64,000 nucleotides of DNA from Isurus oxyrinchus (GCA_026770705.1 JANJGN010000052.1:3596001-3660000), one strand, 5' to 3'. Counted from the stretch's first letter, positions 12,041-25,169 are shown. The notes: generated from the letters alone by a model not told the origin. Made by a program: numbers and translations.

Positions 12041-12917
12041 CTTACCTTCTTAAAATATTAAAGCTGCAGAATAAACATGCAAGTGAATGACCCGCTCGAC
12101 CCACCTTCCATCTGGGGGTCCCATGGGGAGGACCCTTCCTGAGCCAGATCCACCAGCCAACATGGTCTGGATCTGAGCACAGGAGACACGGGGGGGAGTG
12201 ACTAACAGGCTCCTTGTGACAGGCCCCGTCTGTCCAATGGCTGGCTTTCAGCTGCCAAGGCCAGAGTTGTCCTTGCTAAAACTGGCTCAGGACAGGCCAG
12301 GACCCCTGTGCAGACCCCCTCCAGCGCTGCAGCCTCTGTACAAACCCCTCATGCGCTTGTGGAGAGACACAAACAAGGCTGCACATTACCGAGGAGAATC
12401 CCCTCTACGGACTAAGGGGCTGACTCATCACCTTAAACTCAGCAAATGAGGAGGCTCTCGCTCGGTATTGGGGCTTGGCATTGGCTCAATAAAAATAAGA
12501 GCTGTTTCAGCACAGTGGCTGGGGTGGGAACCTGATTGGAGGGATTCAAACATGGAGTTCCGGGAAAGATAGGAACGGATTCGGGAGATGGAAACACGTT
12601 GCAGGACTTTGGAGGGGAAAGAGAGGCTGGGGATGGGACGGGAGATTACACAGACAGTGTGAGGGGTGGAAGGTGTAGTGGGGAGGAGACACTTCACTCA
12701 GGGGGGAGGTGTCATCACCCCTCAGCTCGGTTTACGTTACAGCTATGATGTGGATTCAATCACACACAATAAGCTCATGGATCTGGGAGCAGAAATAGAC
12801 AAATCATTAAAAATAGTGACGCTGGTTAACACGGCCAAAAAACAAGCAAATCAAACACTATTATTTCCCATTGAGTGTTGGATGTGAATTGTTGAGTAAT
12901 TATAACATAGCACTTAC

Positions 12918-13283
12918 CAGAAACATGAAGCTGGGTTTCAGGACGGTCGTTGTATCTATTCCTGCTGTCAAAATCTGTTCTGAATAAATAATATCCTGCA
13001 TCTTCCCGTCTGATGTTGTTTATAATCAGGGAACAGTCACCATCTTTCAGGTCTCCAGAAAGCCGGGTCCGATGGTGGAACCGTGGTAACTCGCGACTGT
13101 GATCCTTGGAGTGAAAGGCTATAGACCATGTTTCCCAATTCCTTCTCATATACCAGATTCCAACAGGTGATCTCGGTACTAAATATGATGGGTAGCTGTA
13201 ATGACACGGAATCTGTACACACGAACCTTCCTGCGCTGTCACCTCTCGTGGAGTGTCACCTTTCCACACTTGTGGTAGTCCAG
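12918..13283 (-). CDS. Siglec gene C distal V-set exon
   Basis: 366 nt, AG/GT, phase 1-1, open frame; EDAGYYLFRTD with Arg retained; loops diverged from the other V exons. Confidence 0.85.
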
Positions 13284-13675
13284 CTAGGGGGAGAAATATC
13301 AATATTTAACTCTGAATGTTTTGTCAATCCACTAGACTCAAAATCCACCCCCTCCATCACTGGCGCACAGTGGCTGCAGTCTGGACTCACAATGAATGCC
13401 CCAATGTTTCACAACACATTGAAGAGAATCCTGGATACAGGAGTGGACAAGTTCATTCTACATTGGCTCGTGGCCCTCAGGAACCTGTTTAGTGAAGCCA
13501 GTCTTCCACCCAACACAGTGTCTACAAGACACACTAATTGAAGTGAGTTCACTGCTGTATTTACAAACTAGGACAATGGATTAGGAGCCTTCAGAATTCC
13601 CCCATTATCACCATCATGAATCATGAATTGGCCTAGCTGTCCTAGATCCTCAGTGTCTAAGGCAGTGGTTCCTAT

Positions 13676-14604
13676 TGTGATGAAAGTATAATAATTTTCA
13701 TAATATTTTATGGTATATTGTGAAGTAGGTTTATGGGGGTACGCATGATGGGTCTGCATGTGATTTAAGTACATTTGGAGTTAATTAGATTGGAAGTTTA
13801 AAATGATCAAAAGGTGCTAGGTGCTTGACATGCTATTGAGTAAACATGGATGCTGCTTAGCATGGAAGGTATGAAGAGAATTTGCATTTTTATTTCAATG
13901 AAGGGGTTGTTGGATTTCAAAGGAATCTTAGTTTGTTTACAACTAGCCAGATAAGCAAGACTAAGGAATGTGCTTATTTTTCTCAAAGGCTCCTGGCAAT
14001 ATGGGCACCACAAAAGAATTTGTTATGAGGAAGATACAGTTTCAAAAACATTTGGAACAATAGAATTTTCATGTTACAAAGAGAGAAATATATATCTATC
14101 AGGGAGAATGAAAGGCTATGTGTCAGAATGCCATGTAAGATCTAACACGAGTGTGTGATATAGTCTTAATGAAACCACTAGCATTTGTGCACAAGCCCGC
14201 TATCCAACAGAACTGAAGTTGGGGAAAAGCCACTTGGAATTCCTCTGTGCAGGGTATTGCTTTTATATTGTGTTAACTTGCTGGGTTTGTTTTAAATATA
14301 AAGTCTATTTTTGGACCGTTGCCTTAAAGGGAGTGTAACTGGGAGTCAGGTTATTTCGGAATTTTAAGAATTATTATTAAAATGGTAATTGTAGTGTCAC
14401 GTACATGCATGATATCATTTCTTCTGAGAGCAAGTATTTTAATTTAATTTTCAAATCTCTAAAGTTCCTAGAGTAATTATTGCTTCTGAATTCAGTGCAC
14501 ACATCTCATAATAAATACAAATTGCAAAATCATTATGATCGTGTGACCACCTTTCTCTCATGGACTTGGTCTGCCTGGCACACATCACCTGTCAAGTGAT
14601 AACA
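13676..14604 (+). mobile_element. Solo-LTR-like element
   Basis: TGTGATG...ATAACA termini; similar to 42775-43668 and to inverted copies at 18.8 and 23.2 kb. Confidence 0.55.
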
Positions 14605-14605
14605 C

Positions 14606-15929
14606 TGTTGTAATATGCCTTTCAGGGATAGCAGCATGACATCACTCGAGGGGAAGTGTGTCATGTGATTTTTAGGAACTGGGGATAGATTAAGTAAGTT
14701 CTATGTGTATTTGTGTGTGTTAGGCATAAGGTCTATCTTTAAGTTCAAGTTTAGTTTGATTTCTGTATTTGTGTGTTAAGAAAGGGGGAAACTTGACTTT
14801 TAGTTTCATTTTTATAGAAGCCAGCAATCTAATGAGGTTTGGTGACTGTTGAAGGGAAGTCAAAACAAATACAAGGTGTAAGAAACTGTGCTGTTGCCTG
14901 GCAACAGTGATGCAGAGGGAAGGACCCATAGAGACAGAGAAAAACAGAAAAGTACTTTCAGTTCTGTTGAAAGGAGTTGCCAGGAGAAGCAGCAAAGGAG
15001 CGGGACAGATAGTCAGTCCCAAAGTAAAGAAGAAGCAAAAACCATCGAGTGGAACAGGAGAAAGGGCCAAGAAGACCTTCTAGTCCAAGGAAGATCAGGA
15101 ATCTGGACAAGGTCCTGTTAAGTCAAGTTAAGGTTGAGGTTCAGAGGAGGGATCCAAGCTAAAAGAGAATGGGCAAAAGGACACAGACCCAAAGCAAAAA
15201 AGGCTTATGAGAAGCCAGAAGATCCTAGGAGACACCACAGGTTGGTGACTCATTACTACGGCCATGTGAAGCCATGGTGTTCCATTGACACGGCTGAGCA
15301 TTGGAGAGACAGGGCGTGGAAGGAAGGCTGAATGCACATGGCGATCCAGGGGGCAGGAACATGGGAAGGAGAGTTTGAAATAGTGAAAGTGGACCCGTGT
15401 GGAAGGTGTCTGAGTGAAAGTGTCATGTTGGAGAAGATTCCAAAGAGAGCACTTGGTGAGTAGAGATTGGAAACTCTCATGTGAAAGAAGCAGTTTCGTT
15501 AGACCAGTTGCCTCACGGTGTAACAAGCGTCTAGAGTCAGTTGAGGAGGGACCCGGAGCATTTGTTCCAAGTGGGTTCTGTCACTTGGTTTCAGAATGTG
15601 GTGTCCCTGACCCCAGGTCGTCTACTGTTTTACATCGACTGTGTACTTAGTGTGAACATGAGAGTATAAGTTAGTTATTGTAATTGCGTTATCCTTATGA
15701 AACTGTAAATGTATAGGTCTGGGTGAAGGAGTAATGTCATATAGTTTGTCTTTCCTAGTTTAATAAATGTTTTATTCTTTTGTTAGAAGTTCATCAGATG
15801 ACTCCTGTGACTCTGTTCAGTAGCCGCACTCCACATTCCTAAATAAAAAATAAAAGTTAGGACCTATCAAGCTGAGCTCCACCCTGGGATCTGACTTGCC
15901 CAGTAGTAACATCAGCTGGGATGATAACA
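14606..15929 (+). mobile_element. Second LTR-like element
   Basis: TGTTGT...ATAACA termini, AATAAA motifs near the 3' end, no coding capacity. Confidence 0.45.
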
Positions 15930-16564
15930 CCATCCAGTCCAAGTTTCACTTTGGTCTGTGAGCAGAACACAGCTCACACAGTTTAGCCGCAGGTGTCTCC
16001 CAGCTTTCTATCCTTGTATATCTGTTCTCATGTCCCTGTTCTAAATAACTGAACCCAAAATGTGTTTACCCAATTCCGTATCAGTGGCTGGTGCCTTTAT
16101 ATCATTATAAAAACACAACATGGTGATCAGCGGTGACCAAACATTCTGGCAGCAAGATTCAGTACAATATGAAAATGATACCAGAAACCTCTTATTCTCT
16201 GTCCTTCTCAAAGATCCATCCCTGCAGCAGGAGCCTTAAGAGTTATTGATGTGGGGCTTAATTTATCAGATTGTAGAATGATCTGGAAGAGAAGGAAGTC
16301 ATTTGGCCCATCGAGCCTGTGCTGGACCTTTGAAAGTTCTGTCCAATAAGTCCCACTGTCACCTCTGCTCTCTCCTCCACAGCCCTGCAAAATGTCTCCT
16401 TCAAGTATTTATCCAGTTCCCCTTCTGAAAGTTCCTGTTGAATCTGCTTCCACCGCCCTTTCAGACAGTGAGTCAATGGTCTCTCTCTGAGCTGCAAAGT
16501 GCTCAGATTCTGTGAAATTTAAACTCTGCAGCAGGTCAGAGACAATTATGATAACTCAGAATAT

Positions 16565-17055
16565 TGCACTGTCAGAAGGTCAGGGCTAAGGGAGTGCTGC
16601 ACTGTTGGAGGGTCAGTACTGAGTGAGTGCTGCACTGTCAGAGGGTCAGTGCTAAAGCAGTGCTGCACTGTTGGAGGGTCAGTAGTAAGGGAGTGCTGCA
16701 CTGTCAGAGGGTCAGGGCTAAGGGAGTGCTGCACTGATGGAGGGTCAGTACTGAGTGAGTGCTGCACTGTCAGAGGGTCAGTGCTAAGGAAGTGCTGCAC
16801 TGTTGGAGGGTCAGTACTGAGAGAGTGCTGCACTGATGGAGGGTCAGTTCCGAGGGAGTGCTGCACTGTCAGAGGGTCAGTGCTAAGGAAGTGCTGCACT
16901 GTCAGAGGGTCAGTGCTAAGGAAGTGCTGCACTGTACAGAGGGAGTGCAAGCCTGACAGAGGGTCAGTAATGAGGGAGTGTGAGACTGACAGAGGGTCAC
17001 TATTGAGGATGTGCTGCACAGTCGGGGGGGTCAGTACTGAGGGAGCGCTGCACTG
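16565..17055 (+). repeat. 33-bp minisatellite array
   Basis: Tandem gagggagtgctgcactgtcagagggtcagtact units. Confidence 0.95.
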
Positions 17056-17200
17056 CCATAGGTGGTTTCTTTCAGATGACATGAGAGAGAGGGTTAAACC
17101 CACTGAGACAAGACTGACACTAACGAGGCTGCTCATTAATTTAACCCTATCAGTGCCAGTAAATGATGTGAGGATGTCTTCTGTTTCCATTTCTCTGTAG

Positions 17201-17449
17201 GGTAAACAGAACGTGCTGATTTCTGAGCCCCGGAACACAACCAGAGACACAACTAGTGAGGGGGAGACCCCAGCTCCCCGGGGTCTCTCTGAAGGTGCAT
17301 TGGGAGGCGATGCTGGACATTGGCACATCGACAATCCCGACGGCCTTCTCTACGCCAATCCCGAAGTATTGAGGATGTCCAGTGATGATGGGTCTGTCCA
17401 CAGGGAAGAGGAGACGGAATACGCACAGATCAGGTTCGAGCATAACTGA
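17201..17449 (+). pseudogene. Orphan Siglec terminal cytoplasmic exon (LLYANP + TEYAQI)
   Basis: Paralogue of exon 42235-42483 with intact acceptor and open frame; no plus-strand TM or Ig exons upstream in the window. Confidence 0.75.
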
Positions 17450-18029
17450 ATGAGAAATGGGGAGTGGGAGTGAGGAGGTGTGGGGGTGGGGGTAGTGATT
17501 GAGATTCCTGGGAACAGGAAACAACCCACTGGGGGAGAGGGGGAGAGAGGGAGGAAGGGATGGAATTGGGCTGCGGTTGGTGTGGTTTGGAATGAAATGC
17601 TTCTCCAGAGAGGACTGGATGCTGAGCCACTGGGGATAGAGATTCACTGTCTCTCTCTGTCTGTCTCTCTCTCTCGCTCTCTTGTTCTCTCTCTCCCTCT
17701 CTCTGTCTTTCTTTCTGTGTCTGTCTCTCATTCTCTATCTCCAGCTCCTCCTTTAAGATGCCCGTTAATAACTGACTTTGTTGACTCAGCTGTTGGTCTC
17801 CTGTCCCTTATATCTCCTCATGTGCCTCAGAGTCAGGTGAAGATATGACTAACAATTCCCGGATGAGCCTTGGGACATTTTGCTACATTAAAGGTGCTAT
17901 ATAAATGCAAGTAGTTGCAGTAAGTCTGATCTGCTTCGATTAACAATGGAACCACAAAGGCTCCTTCGACAGGGCGTGTGTGCAGGAGGATCCCAATAAA
18001 TACATTGTGCTGTGAGATTTTTAATTCTT

Positions 18030-18490
18030 ACATCGAATGTGGTTGTCACTGGTGATGCCAGCATTAATGCCCATCCCTAATTGCACTTGAGAAGGTGGTG
18101 GTGATCAGCCTTCTTGACCCGCTGCAGTCCATGTGGTGTAGGTACACCCACAGTGCTGTTAGGGAGGGAGTTCCAGGATTTTGACCCAGTGACAGTGAAG
18201 GAACGATGATATATTTCCAAGTCAGGATGGTGAGTGACTTGGAGGGGAACTTCCAGGTGGTGGTGTTCCCATGTGTCTGCTGCCCTTGTCCTTCTAGATG
18301 GTAGAGGTCGTGGGTTTGGAAGGTGCTGTTGAAGGAGCCTTGCTGAGTTGCTGCAGTGCATCTTGTAGATGGTACACACACTGCTGCCACTGTGTGTTCG
18401 TTGTGGAGGGAGTGAATGTTTAATGTGGTGGATGGGGTGTGGATCAATCGGGCTGCTTTGTCCTGGATGGTGTCAAGCTTCTTGATTCTG
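18030..18490 (-). mobile_element. CR1-type LINE 3' end
   Basis: Minus-strand ORF CTIYKMHCSNS..RSFTVTGSKSWNSLPN, the same tail as at 44.4-44.7 kb. Confidence 0.8.
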
Positions 18491-18618
18491 TGCTTTGTAT
18501 AGAACTGATTTAAAGAGACAGTCCCAGTCGTTGGTCTAAGATTACAGTGGGCTCTGTGTCTGTGCTACACTGACTCTCTGCTATATGATAACCACAGTGT
18601 GATATTGTGTTATTACAG

Positions 18619-18700
18619 GAGAAAGACAGCGATGGAGGAGAGAGTTTCAGGGACCAGTGACATTGCATTGACCCCCAGTCCACTCTCTGTGAAGCACCAG
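18619..18700 (+). pseudogene. Orphan Siglec first cytoplasmic exon
   Basis: 82 nt AG/GT exon RKTAMEERVSGTSDIALTPSPLSVKHQ, paralogue of 40601-40682; no TM exon upstream. Confidence 0.75.
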
Positions 18701-18835
18701 GTACAGGAGCTGTTTACACTCACTCCAAAGCTTCACTCTCAGTGTGTAGACAACACATGTCCCAGATTCCCAGCCCAGTTACCCACTGATTTGTACCTGT
18801 GGAGTCAGCAATGGTTCAATATCATGCTGTCTCTC

Positions 18836-19592
18836 TGTTATGACACAGAAACTGGTAAAGGCTGTTGTTTAAAATCCCAGAGGGAAACTTTAAACAACTG
18901 TCATAACCTATATTTCCCAGTGGAATGTTTGAGATGCATCTCTAAATTCAGGAATAAGACCACCAGTTCTTGAGATGGGTTTATATCAAACTACATGAGA
19001 CATTTATTAATTTTCACAAGTTAATCATATGCACATTGGTACAAGCTAGTACTATCATAACTTTTTAACAAATTCCCAAACTAAAGTCCTCTAAGACAAC
19101 CCATAGACTTTAAGCAGATTCCAAGCGAAGCATTTTCACCTCACAAATTCCAAATGAGGTTCCTTTCACTTTGGTTCCTTTGCAGACAGGTGCAGGCTTA
19201 CAGCTGCTTTGATGTTACAAGCCTCTGCTCTGCACACACAAAACTGCTCAAGTTATACCCAGCTCTTCTCTTTGAATGTAAATTCTCATTGTATCATCAG
19301 GACCTTTGATCTCCATCTCTTCTAACTATAATTCCCGTTTCATAGTATCAATTTTATTAGTAATATAAACATTGATTGGTTTAAGAATTCACTCCCAGGC
19401 TTTGAATCCTCCTTTTAAAAATGCAATATGCCTCTTTACCTCTTTGTTTACATCTCAAAACTACTATACATCAAAGTACCCAGACCGGCTGGCTTTAATC
19501 CAATTAAAACACACACACACACACCCACAGACTAAACCTCTGTTTAAAAAGACAATTTCCAATTACAATACATACATTAATAGATTCATAAC
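18836..19592 (-). mobile_element. Solo-LTR-like element (inverted)
   Basis: Similar to 23212-24038 and to the reverse complement of the 13.7 and 42.8 kb elements. Confidence 0.55.
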
Positions 19593-19721
19593 GCTCAGTC
19601 TCTGACCCTTCATCTCTCTCTCTCTCTCTCATCCTCTCTCTGATTACAAGATTCATGTTATTGAGCCTCACACCAGGCACCTGAGTGCAGAATCCAAGCC
19701 GACATTCGCCAGAGCCATTAC

Positions 19722-20005
19722 CGAGGGAGTGCGAGACTGACAGAGGGTCAGTACTGAGGGAGTGCTGCACTGTCAGAGGGTCAGTACTGAGGGAGTGCTG
19801 CACTGTCAGAGGGTCAGTACTGAGGAAGACCTGTACTGTCGGAGGGTCAGTACTGAGGGAGCGCTGCACTGCTGGAGGGTCAGTACTGAGGGAGCGCTGC
19901 ACTGTCGGAGGGTCAGTACTGAGGGAGTGCTGCACTGTTGGATGGTCAGCATTGAGGAAGTGCTGCACTATCGAAGGGTCAGTACTGAGGGAGCACTGCA
20001 CTGCC
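19722..20005 (+). repeat. 33-bp minisatellite array
   Basis: Tandem units preceding the terminal exon, as in gene A. Confidence 0.9.
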
Positions 20006-20148
20006 ATAGGTGTTTTCTTTCATAAGACATGTGAGAGAGGGTTAAACCCACTGACCCACGACTGACACTAACGAGGCTGCAGAATATTTTAACCCTATCA
20101 GTGCCAGTAAATGATGTGAGGATGCCTTCTGTTTCCATTTCTCTGTAG

Positions 20149-20397
20149 GGTAAACAGAACGTGCTGATTACTGAGCCCCGGAACACAACCAGAGACACAA
20201 CTAGCGAGGGGGAGACCCCAGCTCCCCGGGGTGTCTCTGAATGTGCAGTGGGAGGCGATGCTGGACATGGGAACCCTGACAATCCCGACGAGCTTCTCTA
20301 CGCCAATCCCCAAGTCTTCAGGGTGCCCAGTGGTGATGGGTCTGTCCACAGGGAAGAGCAGACGGAATACACCCAGATCAGATTCAAGAGAAACTGA
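20149..20397 (+). pseudogene. Second orphan Siglec terminal cytoplasmic exon (LLYANP + TEYTQI)
   Basis: Open frame GKQNVLITEPR...TEYTQIRFKRN*, in frame with exon 18619-18700. Confidence 0.75.
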
Positions 20398-21539
20398 GTG
20401 TGAAAAAGGCAGAGGGGGTCAGGAGGTTTGTGGATGGTGGCAGGGATGAAGATTCTTGGGAACATGAGACAACCCACTGGGGGAGAGAGGGAGGAAGGGA
20501 CTGAATGGGTCTGTGGTTGGTGTGGTTTGGAATGAAATGTTTCCCCAGTGACGACTTGATGCTGAGTCATTGGGGACAGAGATTCAGTNNNNNNNNNNNN
20601 NNNNNNNNNNNNNNNNNNNNNNNNNNNNNNNNNNNNNNNNNNNNNNNNNNNNNNNNNNNNNNNNNNNNNNNNNNNNNNNNNNNNNNNNNNNNNNNNNNNN
20701 NNNNNNNNNNNNNNNNNNNNNNNNNNNNNNNNNNNNNNNNNNNNNNNNNNNNNNNNNNNNNNNNNNNNNNNNATTAACTGGCTTTGTGAAATCAGCTTTT
20801 TGTCACCTGTCCCTAATACCTCATTATGTGTCTCTGAGATGGATTTATATGTAGGTAACAATCCCCTGAAGAGATTTGGGACAGTTTGTTACATTAAGTG
20901 TGCCATATAAATGCAAGTTGTTGCAGGAAAGTTGATTTGCCTCGATTCAGAATGGTAATTCGGAGGGTCCATCTACAGGGCGTGTGTGCAACAGCCTCGC
21001 AATAAATGCATTGCACGGCAACAACTAAGCATGTCCTTTGATGCTGATGCATCCCAGTACTGCTTTGTGGACACATCACAACCGAGGGACTGCCTGACTG
21101 CGTGCAGCCAACATGGCCGAATAGTAATTAGCAGAAATGTGATGTCACTGAACTTTGTTGACATTTCAGAAAGTGCTTTCTGAATTCTGCAACTTGTTTA
21201 TTCTGTGATAGATTACAAGAAGCCTTTGCATTTTCTGTAATATTACATTTATTGTCACAAGGGATTGAAATGCCCAGACACCACCACCTGGAAGTTCGCC
21301 TCCAAGACACACATCATCCTGATTTTGAAATATATCGCCGTCCCTTCACTGCCACTAGGGTCAAAATCTTGGACTTCCTTCTCTAACTGCATTGTGGGTG
21401 TACCTACACCACATGGACTGCAGAGGGTCCGGAAGGCAGCTCACCACCACCTTCTCAAGGTAATTAGGGATGGGCCATAAATGCTGGCCTAGCCAGTGAT
21501 GCCCACTTCCCATGGAAGAATGAATATATAAAATATAAA

Positions 21540-24480
21540 GTTGGAACAAAATGAATGAAGTTATAGCACAAATAGAGATTAATGGGTACGATAAGATGGA
21601 CACTGCAGAGAGTTGGTTGCAACGTGACCAAGGTTGGAAATTGAAAATTGAAGAATATTTGGAATCTTTGAAAGGATAGGAAAAATGAAAAGGAGGTGGG
21701 GTAGCTCTCTTAATAAAAGATGAGACCTGTAAAGTAGTGAGAAATGATTTTGGCTCAGATGTCAAGATGCACAGTCAGTTTGGGTGAACATAAGGAATTG
21801 CAAGGGAAAGAAATCACTGGTGGGTTGGTTTATACTCCCCCCTGAATGTAGTTACACTGCAGGGGTAGATTATAAATCAATACATGAGGAGGTTTATGAG
21901 AAAGGCACCACATTAATCATGGGAGTTTTCAATCGTCATATGGATTAGCCAAATCAGATTAGCAAATGTAGCTTTCAGCGAGGTTATACAGATTGTATTC
22001 AGGACAGTATTTTAGAACAATCCAACATGGAACCAACCAGGGAAGAGGCTGTTTTAGTCCTGGCAATGTTTAATGAGACAAGACTAATTAACATCTCATT
22101 GTAAAGGACCCTCAAGGGAAGAGTAATCATACGGTGTTGAAATTTAATATTCAGTTTAGAAACTTGGTTCTTAAGCTAGTGTCATAAACTTAACTAAAGG
22201 CAATTACAAGGGTTAAAAGTAGAGTCGGCCCAAGTAGAGTGGGACAGCAGGTTAAAGTGGCGGGGGGGGGGTGTAGATGAGGAGTAATAGGCGTCTAAAG
22301 AGATGTTTCATAAATTCCAATGAAGATATTTTCCAGTAAGAAAGAAAGAATCTATAAAAAGGATGGAGCATCGGTGGCTAACTCAGGAAGCTAAGGACGG
22401 TATCCAATTGTGAGATAAAGCCGGCAATGTTGGGATGCTGAGTGATAGGCTGGAGATTGGGAATATTTGAGAAACCAGAAAAGTGAGGGGAGAAATATAA
22501 GGAGGCAGAAATGATGATATGAGAGTAAACTAGCAAGAACCATAAACAATGACAGTGAGATGTTGTACATTAAAATAAGAGAGAAGCTACAGTAATAATG
22601 GGACACATAGAAAATCAGACTGGGGAATTAATAATGGGAAACAAGGAAATGACAGAGACTTTCAACAAGAATTTTGTGTCTGTCTTCACAGTAAAAATCT
22701 CTAAAACCATCCCAATAGCAGGAGAAAGTCACGGTGCAACAAGGAGGGAGGAACATAAAACAATCACTATCACCAGAGAAAAAGTATTAAGAAAACTAAT
22801 GAGACAAATGCTGACAAGTCCCATGGAGCAGACGGCCTGAACGTGAGGGTATGAAAGGAAATGGCTGCAGAGACGGTGGATGCATTGGTTGTAATCTTTC
22901 AGAATTCCTTAGATTATGGGAAGGTCCCAGCGGATTGGAAAAACATAAATGAAACACGTCTGTTCAATAAAGGGAGGAGGCAGAAAGCAAGAAACTACAG
23001 GTCAGTTAGTCTAATATCTGTCATTGAGAAAATACCAGAATTCATTATGAAGGAGGGAGCAGCAGGACATTTAGAAAACCATAATTCAATCAGACAGAGT
23101 CAACATGGGTTTGTGAAAGGGATATCATGTTTGAAAAAATAATTAGATTTCCTCGAGGATGTAACAAGTGGATTGGATAAAGTGGAACCTGTAGATGTGG
23201 TGTATTAGGGACTATGACACAGCCAAGGGTAAAGGCTGAGTTGTTCAAATCCCAGAGGGAAAATTGAAACAACTGTCATAACCCAATTTTGCTATTTGTA
23301 ATTAAGAGATGAAGACTTTGATTTCAGTAGGAATAAGACCACCGAGGATTGTGGGTTTTTTATATAAAACTAAATAGACCATTTATTAACTTAACAACAA
23401 AATTAACATATACACATTGGCTACAAATAACTACTATAATAACTTTTTAACAAATCCCCCAACTAATCATCCCCATGTAAATCTCTACTAAGGCAACAAT
23501 GAACCATTGACATAATATAGACACCAGGCAAAGCACATTTGACATTACGAATTCCGAATGAGGTTCCTTTGCAAGTTGGTTGGAGGCTACAGGCTGGTTC
23601 GGTCTGAAATGCTCCTGCCTCACACACACAAACTCCTTCCTTTATATAGCTAGCTTTCCCTTTGAATGTAAATTTTCCATTGTATCACTCGGACTTCTGA
23701 ACTCCAGCTCTTCGAACAATAAAACCCCCTTTCATAGCACCAATTTCATTAGTAAGTTCAAGAAAAAACACATCTTTTGGCTCCTTCTAACTAGGTGCAA
23801 GATTTTACCCCCAGTCTGGAATGGTTTATTCAACAATTGCAAATGAACACTTTACTGTTCTCCTCACAATTCACCCAATTAACATCTCAAAACTACTAAA
23901 CATCAAAGCACACAGACCAGCTGGCTTTAATCCAATTAAGACACACACAGACACACACCTATACATGGACCACCACTAGAATTCTATTTTAAATAATAAT
24001 TTCCAAGCATATTTCACACACAAATATCTCTTCATGACACTGGATTTCCAAAAGGCATTCGATAAGGTCCCACATCAAAGGATACTGCACAGGGTGAAAT
24101 TGGATGGTGTTGGAGGGGATATATTAATATGGATAGAGGACTGGCTAACTGACAGGAAACAGAGAGCCAGGATAAATGGGTGATTTTCAGCTTGGTAAAC
24201 TGTAACTAGTGGAGAGCCACAGGGATCAGTGCTGAGGCCTCAACTAGTCACAATCTACATTAGTGACTTGGATGAAGGGACTGACTGTACTGTAGGCAGA
24301 TTTTCTGACTGTGCGGTGAAGATAGGTAGGAAATATATAAGCTGGGCAGGAAAGCAAATTGTGAGGAGGACATAAAGAGGCTGCAGAGGGAGATAAATAG
24401 TTTCAGTGAGTGGATAAAATAATGAGTGGATGGAATATAAGGAGTGAAAATGTCAGGGTGTCCAGCTGATCCTACTTGTT
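21540..24480 (+). mobile_element. Degraded CR1-type LINE (endonuclease + RT), interrupted by an LTR-like insert at ~23212-24038
   Basis: Fragments ETVDALVVIFQNSLD.GKVPADWK, NYRSVSLISV, QSQHGFVKG; the VYLDFQKAFDKVPH motif region is split by the insertion. Confidence 0.8.
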
Positions 24481-24578
24481 CTGTTCTTATATTCTTATAC
24501 AGACACAGGGTTTACTGACAGTGCACAGCAAAGTGCTGTTCACTCACTTTGTTCCAACTTCCTCATTTTGTCTCACAG

Positions 24579-24696
24579 AGACACATCAGCTCTTTCTAAT
24601 TAAATACACAGAGGGAGCAGCACAGGAAGAGGTCATTCAGCCCAAGCAGATCGTGTGGGCAGTTCCTCCCCAGGCGAGCAGTCGGACAGGTCCTGG
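24579..24696 (+). other. Probable 5' non-coding exon of Siglec gene A
   Basis: Ends at a consensus donor TGG|GTAAGT; segment conserved in gene B (ending 53430); 5' boundary uncertain. Confidence 0.5.
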
Positions 24697-25129
24697 GTAA
24701 GTAACGGAACGATTGGAATTCACTTCCACGACCAACACCGTCCTTTGCTGATGTTGTGACTTTATAAAGACAGATTCCAATGATTGATGCCTTTGAAAGA
24801 TTTCTACTGATTATTGAGATCTGGGTGTGAGGCTCAAGTCTGTTGTACAGAACATCTTTCTAGCTCAAGGGACATGAGCTTGGGGATGGCCTGAGGTGGT
24901 GAAAGCGGCTATAGAAATGCAAGTCCTTCATTGTTTTTCTTTCTGAAAGCCTTGTAACTCTCTGCAGAGCACCAATCATCCCACAGAGAATCAAATTAGT
25001 CTGTGAAGATATTGTCTAAAAGCATTTCTGATCTCTCGAGAGCATTCGGACAAGAGGTGAAGTCTCATTAACTCCTTTCTCTTTCAGAACTTCAGAGTTA
25101 GAAGCTGAGGAAATATCTGAGAGTGGACC

Positions 25130-25169
25130 ATGATTCGGAAATCTTACTTCCTCCTGTCACTTCTCCAAG
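25130..25169 (+). CDS. Gene A leader exon (signal peptide)
   Basis: Exon starts at 25088; accATG MIRKSYFLLSLLQ, phase-1 donor G|GTAATA; joins to VGLS|QEW. Confidence 0.85.
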
